A DNA stretch of 64,000 bases from Lama guanicoe (Eukaryota): positions 3,867,922 to 3,931,921 of the forward strand of contig MU053482.1 in assembly GCA_013239625.1 (NCBI GenBank), written 5' to 3'. Positions 49,700-62,469 of this stretch are shown here, in pieces. The notes beneath the pieces are model-generated. The model worked only from the letters and a program-made list of their open reading frames with translations, made no database searches and was not told where the DNA came from. Position numbers and translations under genes: made by a program. Numbering within the stretch: position 1 is the first letter of the stretch; every line of letters starts with the position of its first letter.

Positions 49700-50429
49700 A
49701 TATCTACTGTAGCATCATCACTTGTTCATGACCACTTGTCTCTTCCACATCTTCTCTTCCTCATGGCTCTTCTCCATAAGCACATGACTATTGTGCTTGA
49801 CGTCACACCTTCCCCCTAACTGTCTCTTTTTCCTTCACAACCAAACATCAGAAAAGAATGCTCTGCTGCCTACTCATGCCCCAGCCTCGCATTTCCCATT
49901 TGATCCTCAACTTAGGGTAGTGTGGCTTCTGTCCCTCCACTCCACTCAACCCGCTGTGGTAGACCTACCAGTGTCCTCAGCATCAAACCAAGTGCACAAT
50001 TTTCAGTCCTTATCTACTTGGGTCTCTCTGGTGCCTCTAACTGTTGATCACATACTCAGTTTCCTTTGGGTCTCCTCTCCATGAGACCCACAGACCCTTA
50101 AGTGTTGGTGATCTTTAGGGGCCTGAGTTTGCCTTGTATCTCCTCTTAACCCTACTCCATTCCCAGAAAATCTGTGGTTTATCTACTATCTGTAACTGCT
50201 GTCTCTAGCTCTGACCTGGACCTTGAGCTCTAGACTCCTATGTACCATCACCTGTTGGATGGCTCCTCTCAGATGTCCCACTGGCCCTGGAGACTTAGCC
50301 TAAGCTGGAACTTATCATTACTAGTTGACTGGCCATTTGTCCCCCTTCCCCTACCTCTGTTTTGTATCTTTGTGGTGACATCCCATCTATTTAGTTACTC
50401 CAACTGAAGCAAAGTCAATCCTGACTCCT
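49700..50429 (+). mobile_element. L2 internal remnant
   Basis: Pyrimidine-rich; ttttcagtccttatctactt, ttgagctctagactc, cagatgtccca motifs. Confidence 0.55.
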
Positions 50430-50772
50430 TGCTACAGACTGAATTTTGTCCCCCCACAGATTCAGATGTTGAAGCCCTAACCCCCGGTATGACCGCATCT
50501 GTAGGTGGAGTCTTTAGGAGGCAATTAAGGTTAAATGAGGGTGGAAGGGTAGGGCCCTAATCAGGTGGGACTGTGGACTTACAAGAAGAGGCCATGTGAG
50601 GACACAGTGAGAAGGTGGGCATCTGCAAGCCGGGAAGAGAGCCTTCAGCAGGAACTGACCCTAGCGGACCTTGGTCTCAGGCTTCCCGTCTCCAGAACTG
50701 CTGAGTTCAGGTTCCCATTGGTGAAGACGCACAGTGTATGGTATTTTGCTGACAGCACAGGCTGACTAATAC
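50430..50772 (+). mobile_element. MaLR solo LTR (MLT1A/B-like)
   Basis: tgctacagactgaattttgtccccc...gttgaagccctaacccc...aattaaggttaaatgagg...gctgactaatac. Confidence 0.9.
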
Positions 50773-50924
50773 CTGCCTCTTTCTTTTTTCTCTTTGCAAG
50801 TAGAAAGCTGTTGAGCCTAGTGTCTGAATAGCTCTCTTGTTTAAAGTTTTGATTTTTTCACAAGTTCAGTGTGACTGTGGTTTACAGAGCCAGGTAGTTC
50901 TACAAGTCCTTTTAAAAACGCTGC

Positions 50925-51115
50925 TGCACAGAAGCAGAGATTGGAGCGAGGCAGCTACAAGTGGAGGAATGACGACAGGCACCAGAAGCTGGAAGAGACC
51001 GAGAAGCGATTCCACCCTGGAGCCCCAGTAGGGAATGTGCTCCTGCTAATACCTTAATTGTGGACTTCTGGTCTCCAGAACTAAGAGAGAATAAATCCTT
51101 ATTGTTTTAAACCAA
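50925..51115 (+). mobile_element. MaLR (MLT1C/D-like) LTR fragment
   Basis: ccagaagctggaagag...ggacttctggtctccagaact...gaataaat...ttgttttaaacc. Confidence 0.75.
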
Positions 51116-51390
51116 AAAAACCAAACCAAAACAAACAGAAAAACCACTGCTGCCTCAGCCCCAGGTCAGTCCACTGTGTCAAGTGGCCTCTCCTTTTCAG
51201 TTATTTTGATATTTACCTCCAGCTCTAAATTTTAAATTTATACTGCTGCTTCTTGGTGGTTCAATTTTAGTCTCATCTGTTGCTTCCTCTATGGTGAGAA
51301 TTCAGGTTTCTTTCACGCTTATCTCCTCCTATACACACACCACACACTTCTGTAATCCCCCATCCTCTCTTTATCTTCATATGACAATTT

Positions 51391-51608
51391 CATTGTTTTT
51401 GAATTGAACTATGGCCAGTTTACAATGTGTCCATTTCTGGTGTACAGCACAGTGTTTCAGTCATACATATACATACATGTATTCATTTTCATATTTTTTT
51501 ATCGTAGGTTACTACAAGATTTTGAATATAGTTCCCTGTGCTGTACAGAAGAAACTTGTTGTTTATCTATTTTATATATAGTAGTTCATATGCAAATCTT
51601 GAACTCCC
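51391..51608 (-). mobile_element. L1 3' end forming the 3' half of a U6-L1 chimera
   Basis: Minus strand gggagttcaagatttgc...tatataaaatagataaacaac...cacagggaactatattc, the same family as 44860-45085. Confidence 0.9.
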
Positions 51609-51717
51609 AAAAAGATGTGGAACACTCCACGAATTTGCATGTCGTCCTTGTGCAGGGGCCATGCTAATCTTCTCTGTGTTGTTCCAGTTTTAGTATATGT
51701 GCTCCCGAAGTGAGCAT
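51609..51717 (-). pseudogene. RNU6: Full-length U6 snRNA retrocopy
   Basis: The reverse complement aligns end to end with U6 as recalled (13 substitutions in 107 nt by hand count), with the ACAGAGA box intact. It is fused directly to L1, and no U6 promoter is evident upstream. Confidence 0.96.
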
Positions 51718-51719
51718 GG

Positions 51720-53340
51720 CAGTTTTGGTTTGATCAAAATTATGACTGTAATTTTTGTTTGCAGCTTAGTTGTTCCTTGTCCTTTCTTACACAACTTTTT
51801 GATCCCTGTGGCCATTTATAATTATCTTCCATTAAAATTTTCTCCATACTTTTCTTTGTACTCATGACGAATTCAACCCCTAAGCCCTCACCCAGATGTC
51901 TGAATCCCCTCTCAATATGTTCAAACACAAAAGGCAGTTCATCACTGTCTTCTTCAAGTTGCTCACGAAGCTTCTGACCAATTCTAGGCTGGCCTGCCGA
52001 GCCCTCTGCCTGCTGCACAGGAACCACACTCAAGCATCCTTCACCTGCATCCCAGGAGCCCCTGGATCTCTCACTTGTGTCAGGCCTCCTGTCAGACCTC
52101 GTGTCATCTGCTTTGTTCATTTACTTCCTCATTTTGGTGTAGTGTAACCTCTTGTAACTTTCCGAAAAAGGGTTCATGGGAGGGAATTTTTTTTAACTTG
52201 TTAAGTCTATAAGTGTTTTTATTCTACTTTTTCACGTATATCTTCTATTTTGAATAAGTACAGAATTCTGAGCTAAAAATTATTTTCCCTCAGTATTTTG
52301 ATGGCTTTGCTTAATTTTCTTCTAAATTTCAGAGTTACCTTTGGGAAGTTTCACGTCAATCATATTTTGATCCATTATCTGTAATCTTTTTTTTTTCACC
52401 CCTCTCTGCAAACTTTGAGGGTATTTTATTTGGCCCCAGGGTTCTAAAATTTCCTTTCTATGCCTTAGAGTAAGTCTATTTTTTATCCATTGTGCTGGGT
52501 ACGCAATGGGCCCTTTCATTATGGCAGCTCATGTTTTTTCAGCTACAGGATATTTTCCTGGAAAAAAATTAAAAAAAAAAGTTATCCTGCCCACCATTTT
52601 CTCCTCATTCTGTGTAGAATTCTATTTTTCAGCCACTGGATCTCCTGAGTTAATCCCCTAATTTTTTTAATCTTCTCTTTCTCATTTTCTGTCTCCTTAT
52701 CTTTATGCTGTACTTTCTGGGAGGTTTGCTCAGTTTTATCTTTCAGCCTTTGTATTGAATCTTTTACTTCTGCTCACAGGTTAATTTCTGTTAATTTCCA
52801 AGAGCTCTTTTTTGTTGTTGTTGTTTTTTGTTTTCTGAAAATTACTTTTTAATAGCATCCTGTTTTAATTTAGTGGCTTCAAATTCTTCACATGCTTCTT
52901 GAGAGTTATTGTCAGATATCTGGATGTTTTCTTTTTCCCATGTGTTCTCCTTCCCTCCAGCTGCCTTCCTCCGTTTGTTTCAGTCTGTCTCCAGGGTAGA
53001 GGCGTTCCTCACATGTTTGGGGGTTCTTGTTTGTTCATGGTTGGGGCTCACCAACCTTGGACCTCAATATAGGGCAATTTTGTTAGACTGTTTGGCTGGA
53101 CCCCTTGATATCATAGGTTTAGACCTTCCTTTTGGACTGGTCAGATTTCCTGGAAGAGAATCTTCAGTCTTCTGCCTGGAGGGTATGAGTTTGGCTTAAG
53201 AGCAATCATAGGAGCCCATTCAAAGAAGGCTGGAAGTCTCAACATCCAGTATGCAGACAAGCAGTCTTGTAATTCCTTTGTTTTTAGTATGGTTCCCCTG
53301 ATTTCAGCTGGACTTGGTTTCCTTTAGTCCAGAGATCCTA
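51720..53340 (-). mobile_element. Very old L1/HAL1-like remnant
   Basis: T-rich antisense L1-like composition; the minus ORF 52322-52519 is weakly ORF1-like. Confidence 0.5.
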
Positions 53341-53356
53341 GACCTGAGTTGTAGAG

Positions 53357-53801
53357 CAGCCTCTATCCACAGGAGGCTGTTAGCACTTGAAATGTGGCTA
53401 GTAGAACTGAGGAACTAAATTTGTAATTTAAATTAATTCATTTAAAAAAATGCATACTCTTTTTTGGTATTGGGAGACTTTTATATACTTTGGAAAAACT
53501 TGGGTTTGTGGATCTACTTTTCAGATTGTAGATTTTATGAAATCTAAACACAGTATTCCAATGAAACCAGCATTCGAATTGATGTGTGCTGCAGGTGTAA
53601 AGTACACAATGTATTTTGAATACAAGAATGTAAAAGAGCTCATCAATAATTTTTTAATAATGATAATATTTTGGATAAATTAGGTTAAATAAACTACATT
53701 ATCAAACTTAATTTGACTGTTTCTCTCTTTTTTTTAATGAGGACACTAGAAAATTTAAAATTACGTGTGTGGCTCACACTGTGTTTCTATGGGCAATGCT
53801 G
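53357..53801 (+). mobile_element. hAT-Charlie (Charlie1/MER3-MER33-like) DNA transposon, internally deleted
   Basis: cagc...gctg termini and near 8-bp TSD ttgtagag/tcctagag. Peptide GKTWVCGSTFQIVDFMKSK resembles the hAT dimerization domain; cacttgaaatgtggctagt hallmark. Confidence 0.85.
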
Positions 53802-54329
53802 TCCTAGAGGCTGGAGGTGATACTCTGTGGGGAGAGGCAGTCATCTGGCCTGGGGTTGGGTCTTTAGCTTCTTCATAAATAAACATGCACTAAGTCTTCC
53901 CGTTTGAGCCCCTGCTTCCCCTCATTTGCAGAGGACCCAGTGCTGCCCATGCATGGACCTGGGGGCTTCTCTGGTGCAGATCAGGTGGTTCTTGGTTTTG
54001 CTCATTGCCAGGCCAGAATCCAGTTTCCTTAGTTTGCTTGTTGATTACCAGCCAGTTGTCTGCTTTCAGGTTGCCGTAAGTTTATTGCCATTGACTCTTT
54101 ATCTATTCTATTTAACTTTGGGGTCTATACTTAAAAAATTTACTATATACTGTTCTTTTCGTGGGATTTCAGGAAGGAACAGAGATAAAAGTACATGTAT
54201 CCAATCCACCTTCTTGAACTGGAAATCGTAAATACCTTTTGATTTCCTCTCTTGATCCATCCTACTTTGTGTCATTTGTTTGAGGAAGATCCTGCCAGAG
54301 TTCTATTAGCTGACCTTACTTCTAGCCTC

Positions 54330-55065
54330 TTCCCATGCAAAGCTCTGTTCTGGGTTGCAAATCCAATTGTTCTGTTCCTCTGCTTAGCACCCTTCAACAG
54401 CTTCCAATACACAAGCAAAAGCACTCAAGCTCCTTAGTCTGACAAAGAAGACTCCTTAGGAGCCGACCCCTTTGTACGTCTCTGCCTTACGGGCTCTTAC
54501 TCCCCACTCCAAATCTCATTACCCACCATCCCTGTGATTGAGTTTCTTTAATGCCTCTGCTTCTCCCATGCTATTTCCTTTGCCTCCCACCTTCTCCTCG
54601 TGGCCAACTGCCCCATCCTTGATAACACAGCTCACCAAGCCTTTCGCCAACCTTGGCTTTGGTGGTGGTTGGTGAGGGAATGGGGACTAGACTGGGAGTC
54701 CCATCTATTATAACAACAATAATGGTCAGCGCATACTGGGCCCTTTACACACTTCAAATCATTGCTATTCTCCTCATTTGCTATATCAGAAAAGGGAGGC
54801 ACAGAGAGTTCAGTGACTTTCCCAACTGAGTCAAAGAGCTGGAAGCTGAACTCGAGTTGCCGCCTGTATGTGTCAAAGGCACCCATGCTTTCATCACGCT
54901 GTAGCTGGTGGAGTTCCAGGCTGTCACCCCCAGTAGACCCCAAACAGCCTGAGGCCAGGGACCAGGTTTTTTTTGTTTTGTTTTGTTTTGTTTTAATCTT
55001 TGTGTTGTAAGTTCTTGGCACAGGGCCTGGCACAGAGCAGAGGCTCAAAATATACTTGTTGAACC
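54330..55065 (+). mobile_element. L2 3' remnants with an antisense MIR (~54720-54900)
   Basis: cacagggcctggcacagagcagaggctcaaaatatacttgttgaa (L2 end); ggaggcacagagagttcagtgactt (MIR). Confidence 0.6.
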
Positions 55066-56094
55066 TGCCAGCCTCTAATCATCTTATTATGACTCCTGCC
55101 CATTTCCCTCATGTACATGCTACAATCCTTGGTCCAGATTTTCTGGCCTATTCCCTTTTCATGCTAATCATCCAGAAAACCATAATTATTGGTTCCTGTC
55201 AGTGTTGGAAGAGGAGAAGGACCCATTAAAAGACATCTTCAGCAGCTTCCCAAGCATTTGCTTAGACACATCTTGTATGCTTTTAGAATGGTAGTCTTAT
55301 TATTATTTTAGTTTTTTTTTGCAAGTCTACTGGTTTAAATCAGAGGTTTAAATGATGTGAAAAATTCTAATGATGCCCCTTTGATGAGACGATATTTTCC
55401 TCCATGCTTAGCATAATCTTCCTTTGAATTATGCCAGGAAATCTTAAAACCATAGCTTTGTTTGTTTCTCGTTGCAATTCTCCCCCTTTTTTTTGGACAC
55501 CATGCTGATAAACCATGGGAAAAAAAGGAGCTCTTTGCATGCATAATGAGGATGGTCTTCAAGAAGCAGCCTCCCTAGGAAGCTTGTGGGCTGAGGAGCT
55601 GGGTGTGCCTGGAAGAGAGCCCACCAGCCAGGGCGTGAGGCACAGCCTGGTGAAAGCTGTCCTGTCTGCAGAAAGTGGTCCTGGGAGGATAGATATGGTA
55701 CGAAGGGGCCACCTGGGTGGATAGTTTCACCTAAGAGTGGTCCTAGCCCTGAATAATGATGGCCGAATCAGATCGGGGTGGCTTAAGAGTTTTCATGTTG
55801 TAAGGTTTTAGGGGTGATAATTTGGCTGAAACAAAATTGAAATTGTTCTTGCACAGCAGTATATATAGAACTAAGAAGTGTTTAATAGTCCATATTAAAG
55901 TATGGGGGGGTGCTGGTGGAGTTAGACTCTGAGCGTCTCATCCAAACAGCGCCCTCATCACTGAGATCCCATGAACTACGTTTCTTCTCTTCTTCACCCT
56001 TCTGAATAAATCATGGAAGACATAAAGCCTCTCACTACCCTTGCCATCGTGGCACTACTTGGCAGGGCCACTAGATGGGTGGCCCTGCTGGAGG

Positions 56095-56360
56095 GGTGGC
56101 AAGATAGAGTAGTGCTTCTAAGCATGGAGCTAGAGTCAGGCGGGTCTGAGTTCAAGTCCTGGCCCTGCCACACATCTGCTCTGTGGCCCTGGGGATCCTA
56201 CTCTTGGCTTCTCAGTTTCCTCATCCATGAAATGTGGGCAACACTCACTTCTTGGGGGTGGTGTGGGGGCTTAAATGAGGTTCTAACAGATGTTAAGCAT
56301 TTAGCAGTTTGCCTGGCATATGGTAAATATTTGATATGTGTATGATAGATGCAATTATTA
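56095..56360 (+). mobile_element. MIR SINE
   Basis: agagtcaggcgggtctgagttcaagtcctggccctgcca...ctcagtttcctcatc. Confidence 0.85.
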
Positions 56361-57535
56361 TTATTTTTGTTGTTAGTGAATGTTTTGTTATTATTACCCA
56401 GATGCACTTTCCATTCTCAGGGGGATCTCAAGCAGTACCAGGAGGCCACGGGGAGCCCCAGGGACCAGAATCACTCCTGCAGTTGAGTGGCTGTAGGGAT
56501 GTGGTGTGTGTCAAGGTTCAGGGTTGGACTTAGGCTTGGAGGGGGATTTGGATGCCTGACGGGGAACGTGGCAGACAGAGGGCAGTGGGGCAAAGGTGGA
56601 GAGGAGCCTCGGGGACAGTGAACTGGGCTCAGAGACGTCCTTCCTAAGGGCTTATCTGTCCCATACATCTCAGGGCTGGGGCAAAAGAACTTGCTTCCAG
56701 GCTGAAAGTGTTGAAGTAAAATGCCTGAGACCCACTCTGGTGGGATGGGGGGCACCTTGCAGTTTGGGCTCACTCTGCAGTGTAGCAGCAGTAGGTAATA
56801 GGCCAAGACCCTCTGAGCACCTCTTTCTCTGTCCTGCAGAGTCTGGTTGGTGAGTGTCCCCTACTCATTCTTCCAGATGTCCTGTGTACATGCAGGGGAG
56901 GGGCAAGGAGGAAGGGCAGGTAGAGCTCGGCAAGGGCTTCTCCCAGAGATAGCCAGACATGGAACCTGTAACCTCTGGGAAGAGGTTGACTTTGGGAGAA
57001 GGAGGGCTGGTCAGCCTCTGGAGCACCTCTAAATGGGCTGAAGGGGCAAAGGTGGCAGGGCCTCATGCAGGAGAGGGAGCAGAGCCAGGCCTGGGCCGAG
57101 TCTGCTTCTCTGGCGAGCCGGCCTTCTTGGGAATGAGGCATCAGGCCTTCCTTTCACCCGCCCTGACTCCCTGCTCACGGAGCCACGTGCTGGCGTTTGG
57201 CTGACTCCAGGGCCAGGGAGCCTAGTCTGGCCCACTCATGTGGGCCACTTGGCACTTGGAGCTCTCGCTGCAAATTGATACACTAACAACTGGTTTAGAT
57301 CAATCCTCTGTGAGTGTTGGTCTGAGTGAGCCTTGCTGAGTCCTCTTCCTCTGGGGACTGACAAGATCCCGTTTCCAGGCTTGTGAGGCTGAGGACCAGT
57401 CCCTGGACTGGGAATCGTGCTGAAGAAGTGAGTACTGTCTTGGGAGGCTGTCGGGAAACAACCAGCATCCTTGTTCCAGTGAGGCCCACCCTCACCCCAG
57501 GCCTTTCCCTTGCATGGTTGCCAGAGTGTATGGGG

Positions 57536-57750
57536 GTGCGTGTGTGTGTCTGTGTATGTCTGTATGTGCGTGTGTGTGTCTTTGTGTGCGCATGTGTGTG
57601 CGCGTGCGCACGTGTGTGTCTGTGTTTTTTGTGTGTCTGTGTGTGTGCCTGTGTGTCTGTGTGTGTGTCTGTGTGTGTCTGTATCTGTGTGTTTGTATGT
57701 ATGTGTGTTAGTGTCTATGTGTGTCTGTGTGTCTGTGTGTGCATGTGTGC
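57536..57750. repeat. Degenerate (TG)n-rich simple repeat
   Basis: Seen directly; explains the Val/Cys and His/Thr ORFs. Confidence 0.97.
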
Positions 57751-58319
57751 TCGGGCCCACAGGCACCTTCAGGAGGTACGTGGAGGGTCGATGTAGGCTG
57801 AGACACTGGTGGCTATACCAGTCCTCTCTCCCGCATGCCTCTCCCCAGTCCCCATGGTATCACTATTTGTTAAAAGCCACATGTGAGGCCATAGGCTGGG
57901 AATTAAAAACCTGGAAGTGAAAACGAGTTATAATCCCCACCTTTCTTACAACATCCTGGGAGATTTGGTTCATAAACTAGATGCTCTGCTCACTAACTAT
58001 ATGCTTTTGGGCCAGCCTCTGAGACATGTGGAGCCTCAGTGTCCAGATGGTGATAATGTGCTGCCCTCAGACTGTTGACAGGAGGATTAAATGAGGTGAT
58101 ATATGTGCACCCATCTAGTACAGAACCACAACCAGGCACACAGAAAGAGCAGGGTCAATGATAGCCTGTATTGTTTGCTAAATTCAGAATGGGCTCCCTA
58201 AACAGGGTGTAGAAGGAGCAAGTGTAGGTGGAGGCTTGATTTAGCAGATTTTATTTTTTATTTTCCCAGCAGGAGTTCAGCCTGGTAACCATGAAAGGCT
58301 GCATGGAGGAGGATGCAGA

Positions 58320-58389
58320 CCTTGATTCTAAGACACTGCCCTTTGCAAGGTGTACTCTGCATTTAGAAAGAGCTCTCTGTGTATATGTC

Positions 58390-58431
<42 letters not shown>

Positions 58432-58548
58432 TGGTGGTGGTGGTAGAGAAGGAATACATTCAATGTGAATGTCTATTAAAAGACATGTTCTGATTTCAGA
58501 AACATCAAAATATATTAAAAGAAGTGCATCTTAGATTAAGAAAGTGCA
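58320..58548. mobile_element. Tc2/MER104-like MITE containing a (TG)n(TGG)n microsatellite (58392-58443)
   Basis: Inverted ends cttgattctaagacac and gtgcatcttagattaag; ctgatttcagaaacat motif. Confidence 0.5.
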
Positions 58549-58559
58549 ATGCTACTCTT

Positions 58560-58790
58560 AATAGCTTATAATGATTGAGTGCTTGCTGTGCTGGACACTG
58601 TGTTAATTCTTTGCATAAATTATCTCAAATCTTCACAATGTCTTTATGAATGTGGCACTATTAGGTCCTCACTTGGCTAAGGAGAAAAACAGAACTCAGA
58701 AAGGTTAAGTAACTTTTCCAAAGCCACGTGCTACATGCTAGAGCCAGAACCTATAACCACTTGCTGATGCCAGTATGTTTGTTCTTGCTC
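58560..58790 (-). mobile_element. MIR SINE
   Basis: ctcagaaaggttaagtaacttttccaaagccac...agagccagaa. Confidence 0.75.
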
Positions 58791-58999
58791 CTGATGTGTT
58801 ATTACCTCTCCGATTTAGGATATCAAGTTCAGTGCTGAAAAGGACAACCCACCGTCACTATCCATTTCTAAGTCCATTTCTCCAGTTTGGGGCACATATA
58901 ATTTCATCAACATCTCCATCACTTTTTATAAATTCTTCTTTGGTTTTAGTACAATATACTTTCTGGAAAGCACCCATTAACCATACACATTTTAATATG

Positions 59000-59420
59000 A
59001 ATTTGAATCACAGAATCATATAATCTTACAGTGACAAGGGACCTTAAATTGCATCTAGCGTTACTTCTCACCAAACGCAGAAATCTCTGAGCTGTGACTA
59101 TGACATGGCCACCCAAGACTGTCCTTTCACACCTCCCATGGCGGAGAGCTCACTGTCTACCACCTTTCTGGACCCACAGAGCTCTAATTGCTAGATTATG
59201 TTGAACTAAAGTCTGTTTCTCTGCACCTTTCTACCAGCAATACTCATTCTTCTCTCTGGCATAATTACAAAATAAATCTGCCTCCTTCTTCCCATGACAA
59301 CCTTTCAGATACATATGAGCTCTCATATCCCCTCTCTTTTACAGGCAGAATGCCCCATTTTCTTGATATATTCTCTTTAAGATTAGTTTGAGTCTCTTTC
59401 ACCATCCTGTCCACCTGGGT
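59000..59420 (-). mobile_element. CR1/L3 LINE 3' remnant
   Basis: gaatcacagaatcat tail repeat, agggaccttaa, ggagagctcactg. Confidence 0.65.
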
Positions 59421-61224
59421 ATGTGTACATGCTCCAACTGAAAAAATCTAGCACTGAAATATCTCACCAGTCAAGGTCCTTCTTCTGGAGTGTTTCAAAC
59501 TCAAGCGTGACCTCTCATTGCCAGAGTTGAGGTCTTTGTTCCCTGGGAAGAAATTTCAGACACTAACTTCCAGCTGGGAGAGTTGTTATGAACCAGGTGC
59601 CACTTATACATAGCTACCCTATGACATATTTTATATGGTTTTTTAACCCGATGGGGGCAATCGGCATGTCACTCGGGTCTTCCCTGTTAGGCTGTAAGTT
59701 GATCCAGGATGGGCATCACGTCTAATCACTCCCAGGGCCCTCCTAAGTGCCTGTTGCATTGGTCTGCCTCCCTTTGGCTGCCAATAAATGCGATTGATTG
59801 ATGGACTCACTGGAGCCCAAAAGTCATTTTCTGCTCCGCCGCATCTCAGAATCCAGCTGTGTCCAGCTGGAACCAGCCCTTTCGTTTGCCTGTTTTCACT
59901 GTGAACATGGACCTAGATACCGCAGTTTACTCATGCAGCACAATAGGATGAATTTCACTTTAGAACTCCACTCTCTTCTACCCCCAACTGGGGAAGAGGT
60001 GGGCAGAATCCTGAGTGGACTGGCACATCCAAATCTGGAAAGAACCTTGGACAACACCCCTGCCCCTGCCACTGCTCCCACCCCTACCACCTCCCCCTTG
60101 TTATATTTATCTGCCAAATCTGGGTAACAAAAATCTCCCAAATGTCGGCATATTCCAGGCCTGCAATTTGTAGAGAAGAGGGCGATGCATCAAACAGATG
60201 TTTCCAATTGTATCTTCACTGAGCCTCTTGCCTCTGTTACACCTCCTGGCCCCTCCTTCCTCCCTGCTCCTCCTCTCTGATGTTGCCCATAAATCAAGTG
60301 CCTCTCCTTAAAATTGTAATCACCAAAATAAGGTGATGATTTATAAGGAATTCTGAAATACTAAGTAATCAGCCAGACACTTCAATTTAATGGCAGCAAT
60401 AAGTCAAGTGTCTCCACACTCATCTCGGTAGGAAGAAGCACGGTTGGTCTTGGTTGTTTTGAAATGACAAATGCTCTTTTGTGCGTTGTAACAAATCAAT
60501 TATTCACGTGTTGAAAACCCGAACAACTCCTTTTTAAGATATACTTTTATGGATGCATTTTAAAGAATGTCCCAGGAAGGGAGGGGACCCAAGCGCGTTA
60601 GTTATTTTTCCAGCAAAAGAAATTTGGGGAAATAATAGTTCCAAGGAGAAGACTGTCCGAAACAACATCAACCAGAGAGGCAGGTGCCTGTGCCTATGGA
60701 AGGTGCACACAGAACACCGAGGGTCTGCTTTTCATCCAGCCTGCGCAGGGAAAAAGGAATCTGCTCTCACCTGCAGTGGCCTTTTTAGTAGAACTTGATG
60801 GTTACTCAAAGAGCTCTGAGAGGGCCCTCAATCCTCCAGCTCTCCTTGGGCACATTTGTCTGCCTTGTATTTTTCATTTCAAGGGGAATTTCTTCTTTTT
60901 CTGTTAAGAAAACAGTCACGCCTCAGCAGCTGTCCCCAAGATTGGAACCGTGTTATCTCGTTATGTATGGCCCCATCTGTTAGGACCGCCCAGAAAGGTT
61001 CGCCCCTTTCCCCAGGTTCTATTTCCCTCTCCTCCCACATTGCATCCATTTACCACACAATGAAATACATGAGCATCTGCTGTAACCTCTCCTGTCAAAA
61101 CAGGTGGGGCTCAAAGCCATCCCAGGCCTCTAGCCAGCTGGCAGGTTTGTTGGTTTCAAAGGCTTTGAGAACGTCATGCCATCAAGATTCCCAGTGTTGC
61201 AGCTGTCCCAGTGTACCCGGCTTC

Positions 61225-61490
61225 AACCACTTCTGGTGCAGTGGGTGCTGTTTTGAGCCACACCCTGAAAAGGGGATCTGGACAAATTGGAAACTGTCAT
61301 GAGAGTGGGTGACCAGAGAGTGGATGGTTTGGCCACTGTTCCATGAAGAATGGTTAAGGAATGATGAATGCTTTCAGTAGAGAAGATTCACAGTGTGGGG
61401 ATGGATGCATAACTGATGCTGGGAGTGAGTACCCTGTCCAGTGCTGAAAGTGTCCAGGCAGAGGAAGGTTGTATAGTAGGTAGCAAGTGT
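61225..61490 (+). mobile_element. CR1/L3 LINE RT-end remnant
   Basis: ggacaaattggaaactgtc...gtgaccagag...tgaagaatggttaaggaa resembles DKLE.VQ...YEE.LKE of CR1 ORF2. Confidence 0.55.
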
Positions 61491-61896
61491 CCCAGGTGGG
61501 CCCCCCAGGCTTTGCACCTCAGACATGCATGACGCTGTCCCTCTAACTAGTGCTGAAGTCTTTTTCAGTATCAGCCTGCAGTGCAGCTGTTTGCTATTAG
61601 ACTTTCTCTGCTACAGCTGCCCACTGTCACCTGGCCTGCTCTCAGCCCCTTTCCTCCCTAACCCTACCCCTTGGCTTGGCTTCTCTTAGCAGATTTTTCT
61701 TCCATCTTCTTTCCTTCTTCCTTAAATTCTTACTTTTCTCAATGACTTTTTCCTTGGTATTCCATGCCCATGCTTTTCTCAGTTCTAAACCTGACTGGTT
61801 TGGATGCTCTGTGGATGACTATTCTATAATTCAATCATTGGTTCATTCATTTAACAGTTATTTGAATGCTTTCTATGTGTTCAGTAAGTCCACATA

Positions 61897-62459
61897 CGTC
61901 ATAAGTAATTTTATGGGTCAACTTGACTGGGCTAAATGTTATCTAAATAGCAGGTGAAGCATTATATCTGGGTGTGTCTGTGAGGGTGTTTCTGGAAGAG
62001 ATTAGCATTTGAATCAGCAGGTTGAGTAAAGAAGACCACCCTCACCAATGTGGTTGGGCATCATCCAGTCCTCTGAGGGCCCAAATAGGGCAAAAAGGCA
62101 GAGGAAGGGCAAATGTTCTCACTGCTTGAGCTGGGACCTAGCTTCTCTTGCTCTAAGATATCAGTGCTGGTTCTCTGGCCTTCAGGCTTGTGTTGGGACT
62201 TACACCATTGCCACCCCCTCTCCCCCAGTTCTTAGGGCTTTGGACTTGAACTGAATTACACCACAAAATTTTGGGGTTCTCCATGTTGCAGACAGCAGAG
62301 CTTGGGGCTTCTCAACCCCCATGATCATTGGAGCCAATTCCCATAATAAATCTATATGTATATAATTACAAATGTAGAGATATAGCTATAGATAAATAAA
62401 TTGATCTATATATATATCTCCTATGGGTTCTGTTTCTCTGGAGAAGTCTGACTAATACA
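61897..62459 (+). mobile_element. ERVL MLT2-type solo LTR
   Basis: taattttatgggtcaacttgactgggc...gtgtctgtgagggtgtttctggaagagattagcatttgaatc...ctgtttctctggag...gactaataca; near 5-bp TSD acata/gcata. Confidence 0.92.
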
Positions 62460-62469
62460 GCATACAGTT

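Noticed and set aside
51609..51717. Functional U6 gene
   Set aside because: About 13 substitutions, several of CpG-decay type; fused to L1; no evident PSE/TATA promoter upstream.
56066..56082. Second CTCF-like motif ggccactagatgggtgg
   Set aside because: It mismatches the strongly conserved GGC end of the core, so it is too weak to call.
57236..57920. His/Thr- and Val/Cys-rich ORFs
   Set aside because: Translations of the degenerate TG repeat.
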